From the NCBI GenBank assembly GCA_003707115.1, contig PPNB01000009.1, positions 1-64,000 of the forward strand: 64,000 nucleotides of DNA, written 5' to 3'. The stretch comes from Tortispora ganteri (taxonomy: Eukaryota). Below the pieces are notes generated by a model, which was not told the origin of the DNA, ran no database searches, and saw only the letters and a list, made by a program, of their open reading frames with translations. Each line of letters opens with the position of its first letter. Position 1 is the stretch's first letter. A program made the translations under genes and the position numbers. Positions 54,571 through 64,000 of the stretch are shown here, piece after piece.

Positions 54571-55058
54571 TTGGTTTTACGGCAGGACTTTGAATGGTGA
54601 AGTCAATGGGAGAAAGTCAAGTTAGTCTAAAGTAAGTGAGGCTCTTGTATCGAAGAAATGTCGAACTGCCGCTAACGGGCCAGCATGTAAAAGACATTAA
54701 ATATAAATTTAACATAAATTTTATTTGTAAAAATTTTAGAAATATTATAATACAATAAATTTAGTGTCATCTTGCTGCTTTGGAGAAAATAGTCCAATAG
54801 GACGGATTGGCTGGAGGGACCGATCATGGTGTTTTGTACCACTACTTACCGCGGGTTATTCTTCTTGCACACTCTGGCACCTTTTCTTAAACGAGATTAG
54901 CCGCTCCCTCCTCTTTTGCATCGTCTTCACCACGCGTGTGACCCTGCAAATTTGCAAGAGCAAATAACCAACGCTTGTATTTTTTTCGTTCCTAACACAA
55001 TAGAGGACGGACGTACTAGCAAACACAATCAATATCACACTTATTTGGTCTATGAGCG

Positions 55059-57488
55059 ATGCCGTCGTCCAGCCCACAATTATTCCTGGACTACCCAGAC
55101 AAGACGAAAACAGCACAGCTAGAGTTTACACCTATATCTCAATGTATATACTTTTCTAAGAATCTCGGGTTCTCTGGCCAACGGGAGCTTATGACTTGCG
55201 ACTGTCCGCCGGACGTCCGCCGCGGGACTAACCACGCTTGTGGTGACGACTCTGACTGCATAAATAGACTCACATCAATCGAATGTATTGGTGATTCATG
55301 CGGCTGTGGTGACAACTGCCAGAATCGTAGGTTCCAGAACCGCCAGTACGCCGCTGTGTCAGTCATCCAGACAGAGAAAAAGGGCTACGGTCTCCGCGCA
55401 GACGCTCCGATAGACCGCGGCGCCTTCATATACGAGTACATTGGTGATGTCATCGACGAGAACAGATTTCGCAAAAGAACTCAGAATTATGCAAAGGATG
55501 GTATAGTGCATTTCTACTTCATGATGCTTCAGCAGGGCGAGTTCATAGATGCAACCCAGAAGGGCGGCCTAGCACGTTACTGCAACCACTCCTGCAACCC
55601 TAACGCATATGTAGATAAATGGGTTGTGGGCGAAAAACTCAGAATGGGAATATTTGCAAAACGCGATATCATCCCAGGCGAAGAAATTACCTTCGATTAC
55701 AATGTAGATCGCTACGGTGCTGATCCACAGCCCTGCTACTGCGGTGAACCAAACTGTGTCGGCGTTATAGGTGGCAAAACGCAAACTGACGGCGGTCTTT
55801 GCATTCCACTCTCGCAAACAGAGGCACTCGGTCTTCCTGACGATGATGAAGATAGCTGGAATGCCCTACGCAAACCCAGCCCCACCAAGAGGGGCAGGAA
55901 AGCCCGCGATTATACCGACTCTGAAAACTGGTTCGACCCCGAAAAAATTCATACTTACCCCTTGTCCGACGAAGACGTCTCTAAGGTCATGTCTGTTCTG
56001 CTACAGGTCAAAGAAGACTGGCTGGTGCAAAAGCTGCTGAACCGTATCCAGATTACTGCCGATGATTCCATACAGAGAAAGGTAATGAAATTTCACGGGT
56101 ACCAAATGCTTGCCTCAGTCCTTCAGAAGTGGAAAGACGATGTCCCCATCGTTCTCACCGTCTTAAACATTCTAATAAAGTGGCCTACTGTTACGAGAAA
56201 CAAGATATCGAGCTCTCAGATAGAGGAAATAATTCTTCAGTTGTCTAACAGCTCTGAGGACGATGCAGTGCGTAAATTATCAAAGGCACTACTCGAAGAA
56301 TGGAAAGACCTTAAGATGGCATACCGAATACCGCGCAAAAACAAAAATGCTACCTCTGAGTCCGAAACTAATGGATCGGCAAGTGAGTTCAATTCACCAT
56401 CGAGAGCCTTATCAGAAGATCCTCAAAAAGACGACGGCCACAGTTCTTCTAACGAAGAAAATGACGAAGAGGACGAAGAGCTATTAAATTACAATGATGA
56501 TGACGTTGATGAAGCCCTAATTGCCGTTGGAGACGACGAAGAGATGGCCAATATTATCAAACAGTACAGGGAGAAGTATTTGCTGAAAGTACCGGACCCT
56601 CCTCGGGAACCGCCTGGCCCAGAAGATAAGGTGGAGACTGTACCAGGATACTCAGAACGAGGCAAGAAAGGTAAAATGAAAATCAGAAGGCAATTGAGAA
56701 TTGAAAATGAAAAACGATTGCCACCTGGCTGGGCTTTGTCTATTGATGACGAAGGCCGGCTGTATTTTTTCAAAAGAATGAAGCACTCAAGGAACGAGGT
56801 GCCTCAATGGACTCGCCCAGATTTGAAAGTGTCAGAGGCCAAAAGCGTTCAGCGGGATTCTGAGAGTATCCGAGAGCGCGCTGAAAAATCGATTGATGAT
56901 GTACAAGATCGCAGACGTGAAAGAAAACTGAAGGAGTGGGAAGAGCAGCGACGCAAATACATCAAAAAGATGCTAATGGAACAGAAGAAACAAGCTAAGT
57001 TGGCTGCTTCTCAAACTCCTGCTAAGCAGGCATTGGATCTACAAAAGATTATCAGCGAAGCCAGCCAGTTGCAGACGCCTAGTCAACGTCCCGATTCAGC
57101 AAGCGAGAGCCCTAGGGGTGCTTCAAACGATCACAGCGACCGCAAAGGAGACTCAAAGCTAGATGAGACACAAAAAAAACAGAAGGCAGTGATGAAGTTG
57201 TTTGCCAGACAGGTTCCGAACATGATTGCACGATTCGAGGAAGAGCTGGGCCATGACAACTTGAAGGAATGTGCTCGGGAGATCGTGCACACATTGGTAG
57301 CAAAGGAGATGAAAGCAGACAAGCCAGTGCCCGAAAGTTTGAGTGATGAAAAGAAGAAGAAAATTAAAGCTTTTTCGTTGGCATTTATGGAGAAAGTACT
57401 TGCTAAACGTAAGAGGAAACGAGAAGAGAAGGCGAAGAGCCAAAACGGTGATCTGGATCGACACAACAAGTCACAGAAGGTAGAGTGA
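55059..57488 (+). CDS. SET2: H3K36 methyltransferase
   Basis: AWS-SET-postSET (CINR, NHSCNPN, FDYNVDRYG), WW domain LPPGW...PQWTRP, C-terminal SRI-like region. Confidence 0.96.
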   Translation: MPSSSPQLFLDYPDKTKTAQLEFTPISQCIYFSKNLGFSGQRELMTCDCPPDVRRGTNHACGDDSDCINRLTSIECIGDSCGCGDNCQNRRFQNRQYAAVSVIQTEKKGYGLRADAPIDRGAFIYEYIGDVIDENRFRKRTQNYAKDGIVHFYFMMLQQGEFIDATQKGGLARYCNHSCNPNAYVDKWVVGEKLRMGIFAKRDIIPGEEITFDYNVDRYGADPQPCYCGEPNCVGVIGGKTQTDGGLCIPLSQTEALGLPDDDEDSWNALRKPSPTKRGRKARDYTDSENWFDPEKIHTYPLSDEDVSKVMSVLLQVKEDWLVQKLLNRIQITADDSIQRKVMKFHGYQMLASVLQKWKDDVPIVLTVLNILIKWPTVTRNKISSSQIEEIILQLSNSSEDDAVRKLSKALLEEWKDLKMAYRIPRKNKNATSESETNGSASEFNSPSRALSEDPQKDDGHSSSNEENDEEDEELLNYNDDDVDEALIAVGDDEEMANIIKQYREKYLLKVPDPPREPPGPEDKVETVPGYSERGKKGKMKIRRQLRIENEKRLPPGWALSIDDEGRLYFFKRMKHSRNEVPQWTRPDLKVSEAKSVQRDSESIRERAEKSIDDVQDRRRERKLKEWEEQRRKYIKKMLMEQKKQAKLAASQTPAKQALDLQKIISEASQLQTPSQRPDSASESPRGASNDHSDRKGDSKLDETQKKQKAVMKLFARQVPNMIARFEEELGHDNLKECAREIVHTLVAKEMKADKPVPESLSDEKKKKIKAFSLAFMEKVLAKRKRKREEKAKSQNGDLDRHNKSQKVE

Positions 57489-57982
57489 ATGATCTCTTAC
57501 CGAACTTTGCAGTTTCTTAGTTGAGTTACGTCTTGATGTTCCGTAGTGTAATTTCATGCGCCATAAATGTGCTTACGTTGCCTTTTTTTTCTCTTGTGCG
57601 CACGAGGTGTTGCAACTAAAATTGCGGTAAGCGCGCCTCGGATGCATGGACTTACTTATTCTCGCAGGCGAAACCATGGACCTAATAGTTATACGCCAAC
57701 CCCAACCCTATATCTTGGCACCTGAATTTCATGACTGTATTTGAGCGGTCATTTTTCCGTGTTTATAACAGGTACTGTGTGATGTTGATAGCCTGAACGA
57801 TTTATTTGGATATCTTTCAAAGGAATGAAATGAATGACGTGCAGTCGAGATGCGATTTGGTCGTATCCGAGCGATATGGTTGTAGATAATGGCGGATCAA
57901 GTGCGCGTGTAAGTGAACCTTAAATGCCCCCCCAAAAACTACCTTATAAGCCGCTTCGGAATCATCAATATATAAACTAGGA

Positions 57983-59488
57983 ATGCCGGCCCACTTTCCT
58001 GTGCGTCTACGAGATCTTACAACTAAAATAATGAGAAAAGGCATTACTAGCAATGCTGCTAAAGGATTTTTAAGATCGTACTCCAATGCGGCGAAAGTGT
58101 ACGGCGAACCCGAAAAGCCGGTACTGACTACTTCTGAAATCCCCGGCCCTAAGAGCAAGGCCGCATTGGCGTCATTGAACGAGGTATTCGACACTCGCGC
58201 TGCCTATATGGCTGTGGATTACAGTAAGTCGAAGGGTAACTACATTGCCGATGCCGATGGAAATTTGTACTTGGATGTATACATGCAAATTGCATCAATT
58301 GCACTCGGATACAATCACCCTTCTTTGATCGAAGCAGCCAAAAGTGATGCTATGACTCGCGCCCTGGTCGACCGCCCGGCGCTCGGCAATTTCCCCTCTG
58401 TAGAATGGGATGACCAACTTCGTAGCGGACTGCTAAAGTATGCTCCACCTGGCATGAATCAAGTCTGGACAGCTATGGCCGGTTCTGATGCCAACGAAAC
58501 AGCGTTCAAGGCAGCCTTCATGTACTACCAGTTCAAGAAGCGTGGTAGCAACAGCAAGTTTACTTCCGAAGAAGAGACATCTGTGATGGAGAACCAGAGC
58601 CCTGGTGCCCCTGAAATGTCTATTCTTTCGTTTGCCTCTGCATTCCATGGTAGACTATTTGGATCGCTTAGTGCGACTCGATCTAAGCCGATCCACAAGC
58701 TTGATATCCCGCAATTCAAATGGCCTAAGGCACCATTCCCGGTCTATAAGTACCCGTTGGCCGACAATGAGGCTGTTAACAAGGCTGAAGACGACCGGTG
58801 CCTAGACGCGTTGCGTGAGATCATCAAAACCTGGCAATCGCCCGTCGCTGCAGTGATTGTCGAGCCCGTGCAGTCTGAAGGTGGTGATAACCATGGATCC
58901 CCCTACTTCTTCCAGGAGGTACGCAAGATCACTAAGGAAATGGGTGTTCTCATGATTGTGGATGAGGTTCAGACCGGTGTCGGCGCTACCGGCAAGATGT
59001 GGGCTCATGAGCACCTTAACCTGCCTTTCCCTCCTGATATTGTCACATTCTCCAAAAAAATGCAGGCTGCAGGCTACTACTTCGCTGATCCCGAACTCAG
59101 ACCTGAACTGCCTTACCGCCAGTTCAATACCTGGTGCGGTGATCCTGCCCGTGCTATCATTGCCAAGAGCATCTGTGAAGTTATCGAATCTGAGGGCCTT
59201 ATTGCTCACACTGCTGAAGTCGGTGACTACCTATTCGGCGAGCTAACCAAGCTGTCCAAGAAGTACCCTAAGATGATCAGCAACCTCCGCGGAGAAGGTC
59301 GTGGAACCTTTATTGCCTGGGATACTACAGATGGTTCTGCGAGAGACGCGTTCCTCAGCAAGATGCGCACTCTCGGTGTCAACTGCGGTGGATGTGGACC
59401 TGCTGCAGTAAGACTACGTCCTAGTTTGACATTCTCGAAGAACCATGCCGATGTGTTGCTTGAGACCATCGAAAAGGCTTTGGCTTAG
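57983..59488 (+). CDS. UGA1: 4-aminobutyrate aminotransferase with mitochondrial-type presequence (alternative ATG 58031)
   Basis: QIASIALGYN, FHGR...TRSKPIHKLDIP, EPVQSEGGD, DEVQTG, TFSKK, FNTW. Confidence 0.96.
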   Translation: MPAHFPVRLRDLTTKIMRKGITSNAAKGFLRSYSNAAKVYGEPEKPVLTTSEIPGPKSKAALASLNEVFDTRAAYMAVDYSKSKGNYIADADGNLYLDVYMQIASIALGYNHPSLIEAAKSDAMTRALVDRPALGNFPSVEWDDQLRSGLLKYAPPGMNQVWTAMAGSDANETAFKAAFMYYQFKKRGSNSKFTSEEETSVMENQSPGAPEMSILSFASAFHGRLFGSLSATRSKPIHKLDIPQFKWPKAPFPVYKYPLADNEAVNKAEDDRCLDALREIIKTWQSPVAAVIVEPVQSEGGDNHGSPYFFQEVRKITKEMGVLMIVDEVQTGVGATGKMWAHEHLNLPFPPDIVTFSKKMQAAGYYFADPELRPELPYRQFNTWCGDPARAIIAKSICEVIESEGLIAHTAEVGDYLFGELTKLSKKYPKMISNLRGEGRGTFIAWDTTDGSARDAFLSKMRTLGVNCGGCGPAAVRLRPSLTFSKNHADVLLETIEKALA

Positions 59489-59598
59489 TATACTTCTCAA
59501 ATTATATAAATTATTAATTGCGCTGAAATGTAATGTATGCATACACGTCAACATATATAATGAAATGCACTATATCGCATTAAAATGTAAGCAAGCGA

Positions 59599-60342
59599 TC
59601 AATGCCTGCGGCCTCTTTTTGTGGGTTTCCTGTTCATTCCAGGAATATAAAGGCCACCATGCATGCTTTTACCTATGGTATTAATTTTGAGTCCCCTGTC
59701 CCTGCGTGTGACTGGCTTCTTCTTTGTCGAGGCAATCGGAGCAAACTCTTTGTAGACGCCAGGAGAGGAGTTTTTAGCGACAGACTGGACTAGAGGTCCG
59801 GAAGAGCTCGATTTTGCTAGTATAATTCCTGCATCTTTAGCACGTTCTTCATGTTGTTTCTGGGCCTCTTTGCGGTGCTTATTAATACTTTTCCGTATGT
59901 TCATCGGTATAACATTGTGGCCAGCTTCGTAGTAGGCAAGATCTTTACCGGAGGAATATGATAGACGGTGCTGGAGCGATTTTAGTCTGGTAGTAGAAGA
60001 GTTTTGGGCGAGGATTCGTGATTCAGATATAAGTCGCTGTAGTTCGAGATCGTTTATGAGATTCTGGCTTTCATCGTCTGAATCATGTTCTATATGAGAA
60101 GATAGTACATGATCTGAAGGTTGCTGCTGAATGACAGTGTCCGATAGGTTAGAATAGTCTATAGTTTGTATTTCATCGCTGGATTCATTAGAATCGCTAG
60201 AATCAGATTCAGCGAAGTTGAAAAACGGTATGTTTTGATTCAATAAATCATTTTTATCAGATTGGTCTTCTGTTTTAGTAGAATCTGGTTCTAGAGGCGT
60301 AAATTTTGATTCAAAATATTGTTTGAATGGATCTATGGACAT
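59599..60342 (-). CDS. FAF1: 40S assembly factor Faf1-like
   Basis: NDLELQRLISES, PMNIRK, AKDAGIILA, RDRGLKINTIGK. Confidence 0.7.
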   Translation of the reverse strand: MSIDPFKQYFESKFTPLEPDSTKTEDQSDKNDLLNQNIPFFNFAESDSSDSNESSDEIQTIDYSNLSDTVIQQQPSDHVLSSHIEHDSDDESQNLINDLELQRLISESRILAQNSSTTRLKSLQHRLSYSSGKDLAYYEAGHNVIPMNIRKSINKHRKEAQKQHEERAKDAGIILAKSSSSGPLVQSVAKNSSPGVYKEFAPIASTKKKPVTRRDRGLKINTIGKSMHGGLYIPGMNRKPTKRGRRH

Positions 60343-60425
60343 AAAGGAAATTGTGATAGGGGGTAAAGTAGAAATTTGGAATTAACTTTATTAACAAGTT
60401 CACCACAATTTAACCCTCAAGAAAA

Positions 60426-61205
60426 ATGACATTGTTCAAAGGATGCATTGACATCCATGATGGACAAATAAAACAAATTGTAGGTGCAAGTTTAAATACA
60501 AATGAAGGTGTTAAGACAAATTTTGTGTCTTCAAAAAGTAGTAGATACTATGCGCAGTTATATAGAGAAAACGACATCGAAGGTTGTCATATTATTAAGC
60601 TGGGTCCCGGATGCGACAATGCTGCATTAGAGGCTATTAGAGAATGGAAAAATGGACTACAAATAGGAGGTGGAATTAATCTAGATAATGCAAATTATTG
60701 GTTAGATGAAGGCGCGGCCAAACTTATAGTTACTTCATATATATTCAACGGGCCTGAACTTGATGAATCGAAACTCAAAAGTCTCTACGAAGCGGTCGGC
60801 AAGGACAGACTAGTGCTCGATCTTAGTTGTAAGCGGGTAGCAAATGGCGGCTGGTTTGTCGCGACTAATAAATGGCGAACTGTCACTAATACTGAGCTTA
60901 ACAGGGATCTGTTCGAGCGATTGGCTCATTACTGCAGTGAGTTTCTAATCCACGCAGCAGACGTTGAGGGACTTTGTAAGGGTATTGATGAAGACCTCGT
61001 TGCTAAACTAGGTGAATGGTGCGATATTCCAGTGACATATGCGGGCGGTGCAAAACATATTGACGATCTAAATCTCGTTAAACGGCTATCGCACGGCAAG
61101 GTTGATCTCACTTTCGGCAGCGCACTCGATATCTTTGGCGGCAATCTCGTCACATTTGCAGACTGTGTTGCTTGGAATAACAAAGAGAAACAAGCAGTGA
61201 AATAA
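60426..61205 (+). CDS. HIS6: ProFAR isomerase
   Basis: [53 protein letters not shown]. Confidence 0.97.
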   Translation: MTLFKGCIDIHDGQIKQIVGASLNTNEGVKTNFVSSKSSRYYAQLYRENDIEGCHIIKLGPGCDNAALEAIREWKNGLQIGGGINLDNANYWLDEGAAKLIVTSYIFNGPELDESKLKSLYEAVGKDRLVLDLSCKRVANGGWFVATNKWRTVTNTELNRDLFERLAHYCSEFLIHAADVEGLCKGIDEDLVAKLGEWCDIPVTYAGGAKHIDDLNLVKRLSHGKVDLTFGSALDIFGGNLVTFADCVAWNNKEKQAVK

Positions 61206-61334
61206 AATAGATTAAGAGAAAAAAAATAATTTCATGCTTGATGTTTTAGCACCTATCTAATCAATCGAACAGATAGTTGTCGCCCCTATAGCGGTCTGCA
61301 GGTGGGTGAAGTCATGAAGTTGACATTATTTTGC

Positions 61335-61628
61335 TTATACCTTCGGCAGGGTATCTGCATTCGGCGATGCAGATTTCAGAAACGAAACCATATTAGTAAA
61401 ATACTTGCGGATTCTCGAACCGCTCAATGCTCCTTGAAGGTTCATGTACACTAAAAACCTACGCAAACTGATCAATCCAAGGTGTATAATGCTGCCTTGT
61501 ATGAACGGGTACAACACTTGGTCTTTCACAGTAACATAAACAGCTTCATACCATTTCAGCCCTTCAATAGATTTCAAGTACATGACATCATATCGCATAT
61601 CAGGCATCTTTTTTGGCTTGTCAGCCAT
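61335..61628 (-). CDS. Small conserved fungal membrane protein, DUF1770-like
   Basis: PDMRY...YLKSI...W...TVKDQVLYPFIQG pattern; ATG at 61628. Confidence 0.65.
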   Translation of the reverse strand: MADKPKKMPDMRYDVMYLKSIEGLKWYEAVYVTVKDQVLYPFIQGSIIHLGLISLRRFLVYMNLQGALSGSRIRKYFTNMVSFLKSASPNADTLPKV

Positions 61629-61738
61629 TGTTTTTGGTAGTTTGGTCAATTTTGCTGGTACTGCACCAGTTTAGGTTAATGCCACCCAATACCTCTTCCA
61701 CCCAAAGACTAATAACACTTTGTCCTTTGTAGCGTATT

Positions 61739-63700
61739 ATGGACTTAGTTCGTCTCTTTCTCAGACAAGACGATCCCGATGGTGCAGGCGATGACGATGA
61801 TATTGTGAAAGATCCTGCAACTGCAGAAATATTTAGCTCATGGGCTATCTTTATCCTCATCATGCTCCTAGTCTTCTCTCTCTGGACAAGCTACTACCTA
61901 CACCGACGCAAAATACAAGCTGTTCATGAAACTGTAGTTTCCATCTTTTCAGGCATGCTTGTCGGACTTATTATCCGTATTGCACCTGGTCACTACATTC
62001 AAGATGCAGTTTCTTTCAATTACGGCTACTTCTTCAACCTCCTCCTACCTCCTATTATCCTTAATTCAGGCTTCCAACTTCACCAATCTAATTTCTTCAA
62101 GAATATCAGCTCTATCCTTACTTTCGCCATAATCGGTACAGCCCTGTCCTGCTTAGTTTTAGGCATAGTTCTCTTTCTATGGTCTCAAACCGGCCTTGAT
62201 GGTCTCAAACTCACTCTCGTAGAGTGCATATCCGTCGGCGCAACTCTCTCCGCAACAGATCCTGTAACAGTCCTTGCCATTTTCAATGCCTATAAGGTAG
62301 ATCCTAAACTTTATACGCTCATATTTGGCGAATCAATCTTGAATGATGCAGTATCTATTGTCATGTTCGAAACTGCACAAAAATTTCACGGTCAAAAGGT
62401 CTATGTCTCTTCGCTTTTCAAAGGTATCGGAATGTTTTGCGGCACCTTTATCATTTCAATGATCATAGGCGTAAGTACAGGTGTATTTGTCTCTTTGACG
62501 CTCAAACATTCAAAAGTCAGACGAATGCCGCAGGTAGAGGCTTGTGTCGTTCTTTTGCTCGCTTACGCTTCTTACTTTTTCTCAACTGGCTGTCACATGT
62601 CTGGTATTGTCTCGCTGCTTTTCTGCGGAATCACACTAAGACGTTATGCCTACTACAACATGTCAAGACGCACACAGCTAGCTACTAAATTTATTTTTGA
62701 ACTTCTCGCTCAGCTCTCTGAGAATTTTATCTTTGTCTATCTGGGCTTATCTCTATTCACCGAAATAGACTTGGTATATAAACCTCTCTTCATTGTCATC
62801 TCAGCTTTGGGGCTCTGTCTGGCTCGTTGGTGCGCAGTATTTCCGCTCTCTAAAGTCATCAATATAATCCATAAAACTCGAGTTAAACGGAGAAACAACA
62901 GATCAGGTATTATCGGCATCAACAACGACAACATAGAGGATGAGATACCAGAACCGTACCAAATGATTCTTTTTTGGGGAGGTCTGCGCGGTGCTGTTGG
63001 AGTTGCACTGGCTGCAGGACTAGAAGGCGAACATGGCGCTGCATTGCGCGCTACAATTCTAGTCGACGTGGTTTTGACCGTCATCATCTTCGGAGGAACG
63101 ATTTCGTCTATGCTTGAAATAGTCGGTATTCAAACTGGAGTTGAAAATACTGACTCAATGGACGACGATGACGAGTTTGATGTTGAGAACAACAACACTT
63201 ACCAGCCAAAATTCAAGGCTCGCAGCAACGTGGCAGTGGCTCCGCCGACAGGATCGCTAAACGATGCTATAAATCTGAGGACCATGCCGAATGATTTTGG
63301 ACCCGAAGAAGGCACATCTACATCGAGACCGCACTCTACGAGCGGTTCAGTGCGTATTTCTAATCGAGGTTCGTTTTCTTCGTCACTTGGCGGCAACGAG
63401 CCACACGGACCATGGGACTCTGATATGGAATCAGATCTCGACCTTCCTCCAAGTTTACCTGCTGAACGGCGGTATACTAGTGCTCAAAACCAAGAAAGCC
63501 GCTCTAATTCGACCACTGGACTGGCGTCCCTAGGTGGAGGAGTTCGCGAATCGATCAGCAACATTCAAAATATATGGGGCCGCATACCGTCCGATCAGGG
63601 TAAGTGGCTACAGCACTTGGATGAGCAAGTGATCAAGCCTGTATTATTAGACTCTTCACCGGCAATTGATGAAGCAGATGACGATAAAGACAGCTCATGA
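61739..63700 (+). CDS. NHX1: Endosomal Na+(K+)/H+ exchanger
   Basis: FFNLLLPPII, SATDPV, IFGESILNDA, ENFIF.YLG, GLRGAVG. Confidence 0.96.
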   Translation: MDLVRLFLRQDDPDGAGDDDDIVKDPATAEIFSSWAIFILIMLLVFSLWTSYYLHRRKIQAVHETVVSIFSGMLVGLIIRIAPGHYIQDAVSFNYGYFFNLLLPPIILNSGFQLHQSNFFKNISSILTFAIIGTALSCLVLGIVLFLWSQTGLDGLKLTLVECISVGATLSATDPVTVLAIFNAYKVDPKLYTLIFGESILNDAVSIVMFETAQKFHGQKVYVSSLFKGIGMFCGTFIISMIIGVSTGVFVSLTLKHSKVRRMPQVEACVVLLLAYASYFFSTGCHMSGIVSLLFCGITLRRYAYYNMSRRTQLATKFIFELLAQLSENFIFVYLGLSLFTEIDLVYKPLFIVISALGLCLARWCAVFPLSKVINIIHKTRVKRRNNRSGIIGINNDNIEDEIPEPYQMILFWGGLRGAVGVALAAGLEGEHGAALRATILVDVVLTVIIFGGTISSMLEIVGIQTGVENTDSMDDDDEFDVENNNTYQPKFKARSNVAVAPPTGSLNDAINLRTMPNDFGPEEGTSTSRPHSTSGSVRISNRGSFSSSLGGNEPHGPWDSDMESDLDLPPSLPAERRYTSAQNQESRSNSTTGLASLGGGVRESISNIQNIWGRIPSDQGKWLQHLDEQVIKPVLLDSSPAIDEADDDKDSS

Positions 63701-63909
63701 CATACTGCATACGGTCATTTACGTATAGCGCGATTCAGACCGCAATTACAATATCAACTTTAGACGCATTTATTGTAGATTTATTTACGTATACGCAGGT
63801 GAACTAATAAAAGACAAATTAATTGATATTCATAGTGAAACTACTTAGTAACAAAATATTATATGGCAGACAAAATAAGGCACGGCGCACGCTAAAGGAG
63901 GCAAAACAA

Positions 63910-64000
63910 TCAAGCCTGACCAGCGACAACCTCAGAGTCTTCTACGGAGTTGCGCTTGTTTGATGGAACCAAAAGCTGTATTCTGCGATGTCGGTACAAG
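63910..64000 (-). CDS. Possible 3' end of a gene running in from beyond the window
   Basis: Open frame LYRHRRIQLLVPSNKRNSVEDSEVVAGQA* convergent with NHX1; too short to identify. Confidence 0.25.
   Translation of the reverse strand, partial: LYRHRRIQLLVPSNKRNSVEDSEVVAGQA

Noticed and set aside
57640..57680. AAACCAT resembling the snR30/U17 m2 motif
   Set aside because: No proper m1 motif or H/ACA frame found
1..64000. CUG codon reassignment and the many short antisense ORFs
   Set aside because: CTG occurs at a conserved Leu position; short ORFs are shadows of recognised genes with no motifs

Overview
Eukaryotic, very gene-dense, intron-poor fungal DNA, most likely an early-diverging Saccharomycotina yeast (inference). 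It uses the standard code: a conserved Leu in the SER3 motif GKTLG is CTG. The window holds about 40 protein genes, mostly housekeeping (SER3, haspin, APE2, GPI10, COQ10, UTP13, RAD16, ARC40, ATG10, BNA4, SER2, APA, SWF1, MAM3, RUD3, RPP1, PRE3, FAP1, RPL15, PRE10, ADE16/17, YIP3, RAD23, SET2, UGA1, HIS6, NHX1). It also has an intron-containing tRNA-Ser(CGA) and an snR40-like C/D snoRNA. COQ10 and YIP3 need spliced gene models. No transposons or CRISPR arrays were seen. Top leads: (1) an orphan ORF that aligns by eye with the UFMylation E3 UFL1, a pathway generally regarded as absent from yeasts; (2) an orphan 866-aa protein with killer-preprotoxin-like architecture fused to a Thr-rich stalk and an (Ala-Asn)26 repeat; (3) a minimal ASH1-type H3K36 methyltransferase alongside SET2; (4) shared Homol-D/Tbf1-type motifs in both ribosomal protein promoters. 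All family calls come from motif recognition, not database searches.
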